From Eledone cirrhosa (Eukaryota), in assembly GCA_964016885.1 (NCBI GenBank), contig OZ024740.1, positions 39,060,001 through 39,124,000 on the forward strand: a stretch of DNA of 64,000 nt. The letters are read 5' to 3'. Shown one piece after another: positions 39,501 through 55,100 of this stretch. The notes beneath the pieces were generated by a model. That model was not told the DNA's origin, did no database searches, and worked only from the letters and a program-made list of their open reading frames with translations. Within the stretch, counting starts at the first letter, position 1. Each line of letters opens with the position of its first letter. The position numbers were made by a program, and so were the translations under genes.

Positions 39501-42500
39501 ATATAACAGTAGTATTGTAACTATATAACAGTAGTATTGTAACTATATTTAACAGTAGTATTGTAACTATATAACAGTAGTATTGTAACTATATAACAGT
39601 AGTATTGTAACTATATAACAGTAGTATTGTAACTATATAACAGTAGTAATGTAACTATATAGTGTAGTATTGTAACTATATAGTGTAGTATTGTAACTAT
39701 ATAACAGTAGTATTGTAACTATATATAACAGTAGTATTGTAACTATATAACAGTAGCATTGTAACTATATAACAGTAGTATTGTAACTATATAACAGTAG
39801 TATTGTAACTATATAACAGTAGTATTGTAACTATATAACAGTAGTATTGTAACTATATAACAGTAGTATTGTAACCATATAATAGTAGTATTGTAATTAT
39901 ATCACAGTAGTATTGTAACTATACAATAGTAGTATTGTAACTATATAACAGTAGTATTGTAACTATATAGAGTAGTATTGTAGCTATATAGTGTAGTATT
40001 GTAACTATACAACAGTAGCATTGTAAATATATAATAGTAGTTTTGTAACTATATAACAGTAGTATTGTAACTATATAACAGTAGTATTTTATCTAATTAA
40101 CAGTAGTATTGTAAGTATATAACAGTAGTATTGTAACTGTATAACAGTAGTATTGTAACTATATAACAGTAGTATTGTAAAATATATAACAGCAGTATTG
40201 TAACTATATAACAGTAGTATTGTAACTATATAACAGTAGTATTGTAACTATATGACAGTAGTATTGTAACTATATATAACAGTAGTATTGTAACTATATA
40301 GTGTAGTATTGTAACTATATAACAGTAGTATTGTAACTATATCACAGTAGTATTGTAACTATATAACAGTAGTATTGTAACTATATAACAGTAGTATTGT
40401 AACTATATAGTGTAGTATTGTAACTATATAACAGTAGTATTGTAACTATATGACAGTAGTATTGTAACTATATATAACAGTAGTATTGTAACTATATAGT
40501 GTAGTATTGTAACTATATAACAGTAGTATTGTAACTATATAACAGTAGTATTGTAACTATATAGAGTAGTATTATAGCTATATAGTGTAGTATTGTAACT
40601 ATACAACAGTAGCATTGTAACTATATAATAGTAGTATTGTAACTATATAACAGTAGTATTGTAACTATATAACAGTAGTATTTTATCTAATTAACAGTAG
40701 TATTGTAAGTATATAACAGGAGTATTGTAACTGTATAACAGTAGTATTGTAACTATATAACAGTAGTATTGTAAAATATATAACAGCAGTATTGTAACTA
40801 TATAACAGTAGTATTGTAACTATATAACAGTAGTATTGTAACTATATGACAGTAGTATTGTAACTATATATAACAGTAGTATTGTAACTATATAGTGTAG
40901 TATTGTAACTATATAACAGTAGTATTGTAACTATATCACAGTAGTATTGTAACTATATAACAGTAGTATTGTAACTATATAGTGTAGTATTGTAACTATA
41001 TAACAGTAGTATTGTAACTATATGACAGTAGTATTGTAACTATATATAACAGTAGTATTGTAACTATATAGTGTAGTATTGTAACTATATAACAGTAGTA
41101 TTGTAACTATATAACAGTAGTATTGTAACTATATAACAGTAGTATTGTAACTATATAACAGTAGTATTGTAACTATATAACAGTAGTATTGTAACTATAT
41201 AACAGTAGTAATGTAACTATATAACAGAAGCATTGTAAATATATAGTGTAGTATCGTAACTATATAACAGTAGTATTGTAACTATATAACAGTAGTATTG
41301 TAAATATATATAACAGTATTATTGTAACTATATAGTGTAGTATTGTAACTATATAACAGTAGTATTGTAACTATATAGTGTACTATTGTAACTATATAAC
41401 AGTAGTATTGTAACTATATATAACAGTAGTATTGTAACTATATAGTGTAGTATCGTAACTATATAACAGTAGTATTGTAACTATATAGTGTAGTATTGTA
41501 ACTATATAACAGTAGTATTGTAACTGTATAGTGTAGTATTGTAACTATGTAACAGTAGTATTGTAACTACATAACAGTAGTATTGTAACTATATAACAGT
41601 AGTATTGTAACTATATAACAGTAGTATTGTATCTATATAACAGTAGTATTGTGACTATATAACAGTAGTATTGTAACTATATAACAGTAGTATTGTAACT
41701 ATATATAACAGTAGTATTGTAACTATATAACAGTAGTATTGTAACTATATATAACAGTAGTATTGTAACTATATAACAGTAGCATTGTAAATATATAACA
41801 GTAGTATTGTAACTATATAACAGTAGTATTGTAACTATATAACAGTAGTATTGTAACTATATAACAGTAATATTGTAACTATATAACAGTAGTATTGTAA
41901 TTATATAACAGTAGTATTGTAACTATACAACATTAGTATTGTTTCTATATAACAGTAGTATTGTAACTATATAACAGTAGTATTGTAACTATATAACAGT
42001 AGTATTTTATCTAATTAACAGTAGTATTGTAAGTATATAACAGTAGTATTGTAACTGTATAACAGTAGTATTGTAACTATATAACAGTAGTATTGTAAAT
42101 ATATAACAGCAGTATTGTAACTATATAACAGTAGTATTGTAACTATATAACAGTAGTATTGTAACTATATGACAGTAGTATTGTAACTATATATAACAGT
42201 AGTATTGTAACTATATAGTGTAGTATTGTAACTGTATAACAGTAGTATTGTAACTATATAACATTAGTATTGTAACTATATAACAGTAGTATTGTAACTA
42301 TATAACAGTAGTATTGTAACTATATAACAGTAGTATTTTATCTAATTAACAGTAGTATTGTAAGTATATAACAGTAGTATTGTAACTATATAACAGTAGT
42401 ATTGTAACTATATAACAGTAGTATTGTAACTATATGACAGTAGTATTGTAACTATATATAACAGTAGTATTGTAACTATATAGTGTAGTATTGTATCTAT

Positions 42501-43199
42501 ATAACAGTAGTATTGTAACTATATAACAGTAGTATTGTAACTATATAACAGTAGTATTGTAACTATATAACAGTAGTATTGTAACTATATAGTGTAGTAT
42601 TGTAACTATATAACAGTAGTATTGTAACTATATGACAGTAGTATTGTAACTATATATAACAGTAGTATTGTAAATATATAGTGTAGTATTGTAACTATAT
42701 AACAGTAGTATTGTAACTATATAACAGTAGTATTGTAACTATATAACAGTAGTATTGTAACTATATAACAGTAGTATTGTAACTATATAACAGTAGTATT
42801 GTAACTATATAACAGTAGTATTGTATCTATATAACAGTAGTATTGTAACTATATAACAGTAGTATTGTAACTATATAACAGTAGTATTGTAACTATATAT
42901 AACAGTAGTATTGTAACTATATAACAGTAGTATTGTAACTATATATAACAGTAGTATTGTAACTATATAAGAGTAGTATTGTAACTATATAACAGTAGTA
43001 TTGTAAATATATAACAGTAGTATTGTAACTATATAGTGTAGTATTGTAAACTATATAGTGTATTATTGTAACTATATAACAGTAGTATTGTAACTATATA
43101 TAACAGTAGTATTGTAACTATATAACAGTAGTATTGTAACTATATAACAGTAGTATTGTAACTATATAACAGTAGTATTGTAACTATATAACAGTAGTA

Positions 43200-46100
43200 T
43201 TGTAACTATATAACAGTAGTATTGTAACTATACAACAGTAGTATTGTAACTATATAAGAGTAGTATTGTAGCTATATAGTGTAGTATTGTAACTATACAA
43301 CAGTAGCATTGTAACTATATAATAGTAGTATTGTAACTATATAACAGTAGTATTGTAACTATATAACAGTAGTATTTTATCTAATTAACAGTAGTATTGT
43401 AAGTATATAACAGTAGTATTGTAACTGTATAACATTAGTATTGTAACTATATAACAGCAGTACTGTAACTATATAACAGTAGTATTGTAACTATATAACA
43501 GTAGTATTGTAACTATATGACAGTAGTATTGTTAACTATATATAACAGTAGTATTGTAACTATATAGTGTAGTATTGTAACTATATAACAGTAGTATTGT
43601 AACTATATAACAGTAGTATTGTAACTATATAACAGTAGTATTGTAACTATATAACAGTAGTATTGTAACTATATAGTGTAGTATTGTAACTATATAACAG
43701 TAGTATTGTAACTATATAACAGTAGTTTTGTAACTATATAACAGTAGTATTGTAACTATATAACAGTAGTATTGTAACTATATAGTGTAGTATTGTAACT
43801 ATATAACAGTAGTATTGTAAGTATATATAACAGTAGTATTGTAACTATATAACAGTAGTATTGTAACTATATAACAGCAGTATTGTAACTATATAACATT
43901 AGTATTGTAACTGTATGACAGTAGTATTGTAACTATATAGTGTAGTATTGTAACTATATATAACAGTAGTATTGTAACTATATAACAGTAGTATTGTAAC
44001 TATATAACAGTAGTATTGTAACTATATATAACAGTAGTATTGTAACTATATAACAGTAGTATTGTAACTATATAGTGTAGTATTGTAACTATATAACAGT
44101 AGTATTGTATCTATATAACAGTAGTATTGTAACTATATAACAGTAGTATTGTAACTATATAACAGTAGTATTGTAACTATATAGTGTAGTATTGTAACTA
44201 TATAACAGTAGTATTGTATCTATATAACAGTAGTATTGTAACTATATAACAGTAGAATTGTAACTATATAAAGGTAGTATTGTAACTATATAGTGTAGTA
44301 TTGTAACTATATAACAGTAGTATTGTAACTATATAACAGTAGTATTGTAACTATATAGAGTAGTATTGTAGCTATATAGTGTAGTATTGTAACTATACAA
44401 CAGTAGCATTGTAACTATATAATAGTAGTATTGTAACTATATAACAGTAGTATTGTAACTATATAACAGTAGTATTTTATTTATTTAACAGTAGTATTGT
44501 AACTATATAATAGTAGTATTGTAACTGTATAACAGTAGTATTGTAACTATATAACAGTGGTATTGTAAATATATAACAGCAGTATTGTAACTATATAACA
44601 GTAGTATTGTAACTATATAACAGTAGTATTGTAACTATATGACAGTAGTATTTTAACTATATATAACAGTAGTATTGTAACTATATAGTGTAGTATTGTA
44701 ACTATATAACAGTAGTATTGTAACTATATAACAGTAGTATTGTAACTATATAACAGTAGTATTGTAACTATATAACAGTAGTATTGTAACTATATAGTGT
44801 AGTATTGTAACTATATAACAGTAGTATTGTAACTATATAACAGTAGTATTGTAACTATATAACAGTAGTATTGTAACTATATAACAGTAGTATTGTAACT
44901 ATATAGTGTAGTATTGTAACTATATAACAGTAGTATTGTAACTTTATATAACAGTAGTATTGTAACTATATAACAGTAGTATTGTAACTATATAACAGCA
45001 GTATTGTAACTATATAACAGTAGTATTGTAACTGTATGACAGTAGTATTGTAACTATATAACAGTAGTATTGTAACTATATAACAGTAGTATTGTAACTA
45101 TATATAACAGTAGAATTGTAACTATATAACAGTAGTATTGTAACTATATAACAGTAGTATTGTAACTATATAACAGTAGTATCGTAACTATATGACAGTA
45201 GTATTGTAAGTATATAACAGTAGTATTGTAACTATATAACAGTAGAATTGTAGCTATATAACAGTAGTATTGTAACTATATAGTGTAGTATTGTAACTAT
45301 ATAACAGTAGTATTGTAACTATATAACAGTAGTAATGTAACTATATAGTGTAGTATTGTAACTATATAGTGTAGTATTGTAACTATATAACAGTAGTATT
45401 GTAACTAAATATAACAGTAGTATTGTAACTATATAACAGTAGTATTGTAATTATATAACAGTAGTATTGTAACTATATAACAGTAGTATTGTAACTATAT
45501 AACAGTAGTATTGTAACTATATAACAGTAGTATTGTAACTATATAACAGTAGTATTGTAATTATATAACAGTAGTATTGTAACTATACAACAGTAGTATT
45601 GTAACTATATAGTGTAGTATTGTAACTATATAACAGTAGTATTGTAACTATATAACAGTAGTATTGTAACTATATAGAGTAGTATGGTAGCTATATAGTG
45701 TAGTATTGTAACTATACAACAGTAGTATTGTAATTATATAACAGTAGTATTGTAACTATACAACAGTAGTATTGTAACTATATAGTGTAGTATTGTAACT
45801 ATATAACAGTAGTATTGTAACTATATAACAGTAGTATTGTAACTATATAGAGTAGTATTGTAGCTATATAGTGTAGTATTGTAACTATACAACAGTAGCA
45901 TTGTAACTATATAATAGTAGTATTGTAACTATATAACAGTAGTATTGTAACTATATAACAGTAGTATTTTATCTAATTAACAGTAGTATTGTAAGTATAT
46001 AACAGTAGTATTGTAACTGTATAACAGTAGTATTGTAACTATATGACAGTAGTATTGTAACTATATATAACAGTAGTATTGTAACTATATAGTGTAGTAT

Positions 46101-49100
46101 TGTAACTATATAACAGTAGTATTGTAACTATATAACAGTAGTATTGTAACTATATAACAGTAGTATTGTAACTATATAGTGTAGTATTGTAACTATATAA
46201 CAGTAGTATTGTAACTATATAACAGTAGTATTGTAACTATATAACAGTAGTATTGTAACTATATAACAGTAGTATTGTAACTATATAGTGTAGTATTGTA
46301 ACTATATAACAGTAGTATTGTAACTATATATAACAGTAGTATTGTAACTATATAACAGTAGTATTGTAACTATATAACAGCAGTATTGTAACTATATAAC
46401 AGTAGTATTGTAACTGTATGACAGTAGTATTGTAACTATATAACAGTAGTATTGTAACTATATAACAGTAGTATTGTAACTATATAACAGTAGTATTGTA
46501 ACTATATAACAGTAGTATTGTAACTATATATAACAGTAGTATTGTAACTATATAGTGTAGTATTGTAACTATATAACAGTAGTATTGTAACTATATATAA
46601 CAGTAGTATTGTAACTATATAACAGTAGTATTGTAACTAAATAACAGTAGTAATGTAACTATATAACAATATTATTGTAACTATATAACAGTAGTATCGT
46701 AACTATATAACAGTAGTAATGTAACTATATAGTGTAGTATTGTAACTATATAACAGTCGTATTGTAACTATATAGTGTAGTATTGTAACTATATAACAGT
46801 AGTATCGTAACTACATAACAGTAGTATTGTAACTATATAACAGTAGTATTGTAACTATATAACAGTAGTAATGTAACTATATAACAGAAGCATTGTAAAT
46901 ATATAGTGTAGTATCGTAACTATATAACAGTAGTATTGTAACTATATAACAGTAGTATTGTAACTATATATAACAGTAGTATTGTAACTATATAGTGTAG
47001 TATTGTAACTATATAACAGTAGTATTGTAACTATATATAACAGTAGTATTGTAACTATATAGTGTAGTATCGTAACTATATAACAGTAGTATTGTAACTA
47101 TATATAAGAGTAGTATTGTAACTATATAGTGTAGTATTGTAACTATATAACAGTAGTATTGTAACTATATAGTGTAGTATTGTAACTATATAACAGTAGT
47201 ATCGTAACTACATAACAGTAGTATTGTAACTATATAACAGTAGTATTGTAACTATATAACAGTAGTATTGTAACTATATAACAGTAGTATTGTAACTATA
47301 TAACAGTAGTATTGTATCTATATGACAGTAGTATTGTAACTGTATAACAGTAGTATTGTAACTATATAACAGCAGTAGTGTAACTATATAGTGTAGTATT
47401 GTAACTATATACCAGTAGTATCGTAACTACATAACAGTAGTATTGTAACTATATAACAGTAGTATTGTAACTATATAGTGTAGTATTGTAACTATATAAC
47501 AGTAGTATCGTAACTACATAACAGTAGTATTGTAACTATATAACAGTAGTATTGTAACTATATAACAGTAGTAATGTAACTATATAACAGAAGCATTGTA
47601 AATATATAGTGTAGTATCGTAGCTATATAACAGTAGTATTGTAACTATATAACAGTAGTATTGTAACTATATATAACAGTAGTATTGTAACTATATAGTG
47701 TAGTATTGTAACTATATAACAGTAGTATTGTAACTATATAGTGTACTATTGTAACTATATAACAGTAGTATTGTAACTATATATAACAGTAGTATTGTAA
47801 CTATATAGTGTAGTATCGTAACTATATAACAGTAGTATTGTAACTATATAGTGTAGTATTGTAACTATATAACAGTAGTATTGTAACTGTATAGTGTAGT
47901 ATTGTAACTATATAACAGTATTATCGTAACTACATAAGAGTAGTATTGTAACTATATAACAGTAGTATTGTAACTATATAACAGTAGTATTGTAACTATA
48001 TAACAGTAGTATTGTAACTATATAACAGTAGTATTGTATCTATATAACAGTAGTATTGTGACTATATAACAGTAGTATTGTAACTATATAACAGTAGTAT
48101 TGTAACTATATATAACAGTAGTATTGTAACTATATAACAGTAGTATTGTAACTATATATAACAGTAGTATTGTAACTATATAACAGTAGTATTGTAACTA
48201 TATAACAGTAGTATTGTAACTATATAACAGTAGTATTGTAACTATATAACAGTAGTATTGTAACTATATAACAGTAGTATTGTAACTATATAACAGTAGT
48301 ATTGTAACTATACAACAGTAGTATTGTAACTATATAAGAGTAGTATTGTAGCTATATAGTGTAGTATTGTAACTATACAACAGTAGCATTGTAACTATAT
48401 AATAGTAGTATTGTAACTATATAACAGTAGTATTGTAACTATATAACAGTAGTATTTTATCTAATTAACAGTAGTATTGTAAGTATATAACAGTAGTATT
48501 GTAACTGTATAACATTAGTATTGTAACTATATAACAGCAGTATTGTAACTATATAACAGTAGTATTGTAACTATATAACAGTAGTATTGTAACTATATGA
48601 CAGTAGTATTGTTAACTATATATAACAGTAGTATTGTAACTATATAGTGTAGTATTGTAACTATATAACAGTAGTATTGTAACTATATAACAGTAGTATT
48701 GTAACTATATAACAGTAGTATTGTAACTATATAACAGTAGTATTGTAACTATATAGTGTAGTATTGTAACTATATAACAGTAGTATTGTAACTATATAAC
48801 AGTAGTATTGTAACTATATAACAGTAGTATTGTAACTATATAACAGTAGTATTGTAACTATATAGTGTAGTATTGTAACTATATAACAGTAGTATTGTAA
48901 CTATATATAACAGTAGTATTGTAACTATATAACAGTAGTATTGTAACTATATAACAGCAGTATTGTAACTATATAACATTAGTATTGTAACTGTATGACA
49001 GTAGTATTGTAACTATATAACAGTAGTATTGTAACTATATAACAGTAGTATTGTAACTATATAACAGTAGTATTGTAACTATATAACAGTAGTATTGTAA

Positions 49101-52100
49101 CTATATATAACAGTAGTATTGTAACTATATATAACAGTAGTATTGTAACTATATAACAGTAGTATTGTAACTATATATAACAGTAGTATTGTAACTATAT
49201 AACAGTAGTATTGTAACTATATAGTGTAGTATTGTAACTATATAACAGTAGTATTGTATCTATATAACAGTAGTATTGTAACTATATAACAGTAGTATTG
49301 TAACTATATAACAGTAGTATTGTAACTATATAGTGTAGTATTGTAACTATATAACAGTAGTATTGTATCTATATAACAGTAGTATTGTAACTATATAACA
49401 GTAGAATTGTAACTATATAAAGGTAGTATTGTAACTATATAGTGTAGTATTGTAACTATATAACAGTAGTATTGTAACTATATAACAGTAGTATTGTAAC
49501 TATATAGAGTAGTATTGTAGCTATATAGTGTAGTATTGTAACTATACAACAGTAGCATTGTAACTATATAATAGTAGTATTGTAACTATATAACAGTAGT
49601 ATTGTAACTATATAACAGTAGTATTTTATTTATTTAACAGTAGTATTGTAACTATATAATAGTAGTATTGTAACTGTATAACAGTAGTATTGTAACTATA
49701 TAACAGTGGTATTGTAAATATATAACAGCAGTATTGTAACTATATAACAGTAGTATTGTAACTATATAACAGTAGTATTGTAACTATATGACAGTAGTAT
49801 TTTAACTATATATAACAGTAGTATTGTAACTATATAGTGTAGTATTGTAACTATATAACAGTAGTATTGTAACTATATAACAGTAGTATTGTAACTATAT
49901 AACAGTAGTATTGTAACTATATAACAGTAGTATTGTAACTATATAGTGTAGTATTGTAACTATATAACAGTAGTATTGTAACTATATAACAGTAGTATTG
50001 TAACTATATAACAGTAGTATTGTAACTATATAACAGTAGTATTGTAACTATATAGTGTAGTATTGTAACTATATAACAGTAGTATTGTAACTTTATATAA
50101 CAGTAGTATTGTAACTATATAACAGTAGTATTGTAACTATATAACAGCAGTATTGTAACTATATAACAGTAGTATTGTAACTGTATGACAGTAGTATTGT
50201 AACTATATAACAGTAGTATTGTAACTATATAACAGTAGTATTGTAACTATATATAACAGTAGAATTGTAACTATATAACAGTAGTATTGTAACTATATAA
50301 CAGTAGTATTGTAACTATATAACAGTAGTATCGTAACTATATGACAGTAGTATTGTAAGTATATAACAGTAGTATTGTAACTATATAACAGTAGAATTGT
50401 AGCTATATAACAGTAGTATTGTAACTATATAGTGTAGTATTGTAACTATATAACAGTAGTATTGTAACTATATAACAGTAGTAATGTAACTATATAGTGT
50501 AGTATTGTAACTATATAGTGTAGTATTGTAACTATATAACAGTAGTATTGTAACTAAATATAACAGTAGTATTGTAACTATATAACAGTAGTATTGTAAT
50601 TATATAACAGTAGTATTGTAACTATATAACAGTAGTATTGTAACTATATAACAGTAGTATTGTAACTATATAACAGTAGTATTGTAACTATATAACAGTA
50701 GTATTGTAATTATATAACAGTAGTATTGTAACTATACAACAGTAGTATTGTAACTATATAGTGTAGTATTGTAACTATATAACAGTAGTATTGTAACTAT
50801 ATAACAGTAGTATTGTAACTATATAGAGTAGTATGGTAGCTATATAGTGTAGTATTGTAACTATACAACAGTAGTATTGTAATTATATAACAGTAGTATT
50901 GTAACTATACAACAGTAGTATTGTAACTATATAGTGTAGTATTGTAACTATATAACAGTAGTATTGTAACTATATAACAGTAGTATTGTAACTATATTGA
51001 GTAGTATTGTAGCTATATAGTGTAGTATTGTAACTATACAACAGTAGCATTTTAACTATATAATAGTAGTATTGTAACTATATAACAGTAGTATTGTAAC
51101 TATATAACAGTAGTATTTTATCTAATTAACAGTAGTATTGTAAGTATATAACAGTAGTATTGTAACTGTATAACAGTAGTATTGTAACTATATGACAGTA
51201 GTATTGTAACTATATATAACAGTAGTATTGTAACTATATAGTGTAGTATTGTAACTATATAACAGTAGTATTGTAACTATATAACAGTAGTATTGTAACT
51301 ATATAACAGTAGTATTGTAACTATATAGTGTAGTATTGTAACTATATAACAGTAGTATTGTAACTATATAACAGTAGTATTGTAACTATATAACAGTAGT
51401 ATTGTAACTATATAACAGTAGTATTGTAACTATATAGTGTAGTATTGTAACTATATAACAGTAGTATTGTAACTATATATAACAGTAGTATTGTAACTAT
51501 ATAACAGTAGTATTGTAACTATATAACAGCAGTATTGTAACTATATAACAGTAGTATTGTAACTGTATGACAGTAGTATTGTAACTATATAACAGTAGTA
51601 TTGTAACTATATAACAGTAGTATTGTAACTATATAACAGTAGTATTGTAACTATATAACAGTAGTATTGTAACTATATATAACAGTAGTATTGTAACTAT
51701 ATAGTGTAGTATTGTAACTATATAACAGTAGTATTGTAACTATATATAACAGTAGTATTGTAACTATATAACAGTAGTATTGTAACTAAATAACAGTAGT
51801 AATGTAACTATATAACAATATTATTGTAACTATATAACAGTAGTATCGTAACTATATAACAGTAGTAATGTAACTATATAGTGTAGTATTGTAACTATAT
51901 AACAGTCGTATTGTAACTATATAGTGTAGTATTGTAACTATATAACAGTAGTATCGTAACTACATAACAGTAGTATTGTAACTATATAACAGTAGTATTG
52001 TAACTATATAACAGTAGTAATGTAACTATATAACAGAAGCATTGTAAATATATAGTGTAGTATCGTAACTATATAACAGTAGTATTGTAACTATATAACA

Positions 52101-55100
52101 GTAGTATTGTAACTATATATAACAGTAGTATTGTAACTATATAGTGTAGTATTGTAACTATATAACAGTAGTATTGTAACTATATATAACAGTAGTATTG
52201 TAACTATATAGTGTAGTATCGTAACTATATAACAGTAGTATTGTAACTATATATAAGAGTAGTATTGTAACTATATAGTGTAGTATTGTAACTATATAAC
52301 AGTAGTATTGTAACTATATAGTGTAGTATTGTAACTATATAACAGTAGTATCGTAACTACATAACAGTAGTATTGTAACTATATAACAGTAGTATTGTAA
52401 CTATATAACAGTAGTATTGTAACTATATAACAGTAGTATTGTAACTATATAACAGTAGTATTGTATCTATATGACAGTAGTATTGTAACTGTATAACAGT
52501 AGTATTGTAACTATATAACAGCAGTAGTGTAACTATATAGTGTAGTATTGTAACTATATACCAGTAGTATCGTAACTACATAACAGTAGTATTGTAACTA
52601 TATAACAGTAGTATTGTAACTATATAGTGTAGTATTGTAACTATATAACAGTAGTATCGTAACTACATAACAGTAGTATTGTAACTATATAACAGTAGTA
52701 TTGTAACTATATAACAGTAGTAATGTAACTATATAACAGAAGCATTGTAAATATATAGTGTAGTATCGTAGCTATATAACAGTAGTATTGTAACTATATA
52801 ACAGTAGTATTGTAACTATATATAACAGTAGTATTGTAACTATATAGTGTAGTATTGTAACTATATAACAGTAGTATTGTAACTATATAGTGTACTATTG
52901 TAACTATATAACAGTAGTATTGTAACTATATATAACAGTAGTATTGTAACTATATAGTGTAGTATCGTAACTATATAACAGTAGTATTGTAACTATATAG
53001 TGTAGTATTGTAACTATATAACAGTAGTATTGTAACTGTATAGTGTAGTATTGTAACTATATAACAGTATTATCGTAACTACATAAGAGTAGTATTGTAA
53101 CTATATAACAGTAGTATTGTAACTATATAACAGTAGTATTGTAACTATATAACAGTAGTATTGTAACTATATAACAGTAGTATTGTATCTATATAACAGT
53201 AGTATTGTGACTATATAACAGTAGTATTGTAACTATATAACAGTAGTATTGTAACTATATATAACAGTAGTATTGTAACTATATAACAGTAGTATTGTAA
53301 CTATATATAACAGTAGTATTGTAACTATATAACAGTAGTATTGTAACTATATAACAGTAGTATTGTAACTATATAACAGTAGTATTGTAACTATATAACA
53401 GTAGTATTGTAACTATATAACAGTAGTATTGTAACTATATAACAGTAGTATTGTAACTATACAACAGTAGTATTGTAACTATATAAGAGTAGTATTGTAG
53501 CTATATAGTGTAGTATTGTAACTATACAACAGTAGCATTGTAACTATATAATAGTAGTATTGTAACTATATAACAGTAGTATTGTAACTATATAACAGTA
53601 GTATTTTATCTAATTAACAGTAGTATTGTAAGTATATAACAGTAGTATTGTAACTGTATAACATTAGTATTGTAACTATATAACAGCAGTATTGTAACTA
53701 TATAACAGTAGTATTGTAACTATATAACAGTAGTATTGTAACTATATGACAGTAGTATTGTTAACTATATATAACAGTAGTATTGTAACTATATAGTGTA
53801 GTATTGTAACTATATAACAGTAGTATTGTAACTATATAACAGTAGTATTGTAACTATATAACAGTAGTATTGTAACTATATAACAGTAGTATTGTAACTA
53901 TATAGTGTAGTATTGTAACTATATAACAGTAGTATTGTAACTATATAACAGTAGTATTGTAACTATATAACAGTAGTATTGTAACTATATAACAGTAGTA
54001 TTGTAACTATATAGTGTAGTATTGTAACTATATAACAGTAGTATTGTAACTATATATAACAGTAGTATTGTAACTATATAACAGTAGTATTGTAACTATA
54101 TAACAGCAGTATTGTAACTATATAACATTAGTATTGTAACTGTATGACAGTAGTATTGTAACTATATAACAGTAGTATTGTAACTATATAACAGTAGTAT
54201 TGTAACTATATAACAGTAGTATTGTAACTATATAACAGTAGTATTGTAACTATATATAACAGTAGTATTGTAACTATATATAACAGTAGTATTGTAACTA
54301 TATAACAGTAGTATTGTAACTATATATAACAGTAGTATTGTAACTATATAACAGTAGTATTGTAACTATATAGTGTAGTATTGTAACTATATAACAGTAG
54401 TATTGTATCTATATAACAGTAGTATTGTAACTATATAACAGTAGTATTGTAACTATATAACAGTAGTATTGTAACTATATAGTGTAGTATTGTAACTATA
54501 TAACAGTAGTATTGTATCTATATAACAGTAGTATTGTAACTATATAACAGTAGAATTGTAACTATATAAAGGTAGTATTGTAACTATATAGTGTAGTATT
54601 GTAACTATATAACAGTAGTATTGTAACTATATAACAGTAGTATTGTAACTATATAGAGTAGTATTGTAGCTATATAGTGTAGTATTGTAACTATACAACA
54701 GTAGCATTGTAACTATATAATAGTAGTATTGTAACTATATAACAGTAGTATTGTAACTATATAACAGTAGTATTTTATTTATTTAACAGTAGTATTGTAA
54801 CTATATAATAGTAGTATTGTAACTGTATAACAGTAGTATTGTAACTATATAACAGTGGTATTGTAAATATATAACAGCAGTATTGTAACTATATAACAGT
54901 AGTATTGTAACTATATAACAGTAGTATTGTAACTATGACAGTAGTATTGTAACTATATATAACAGTAGTATTGTAACTATATAGTGTAGTATTGTAACTA
55001 TATAACAGTAGTATTGTAACTATATAACAGTAGTATTGTAACTATATAACAGTAGTATTGTAACTATATAACAGTAGTATTGTAACTATATAGTGTAGTA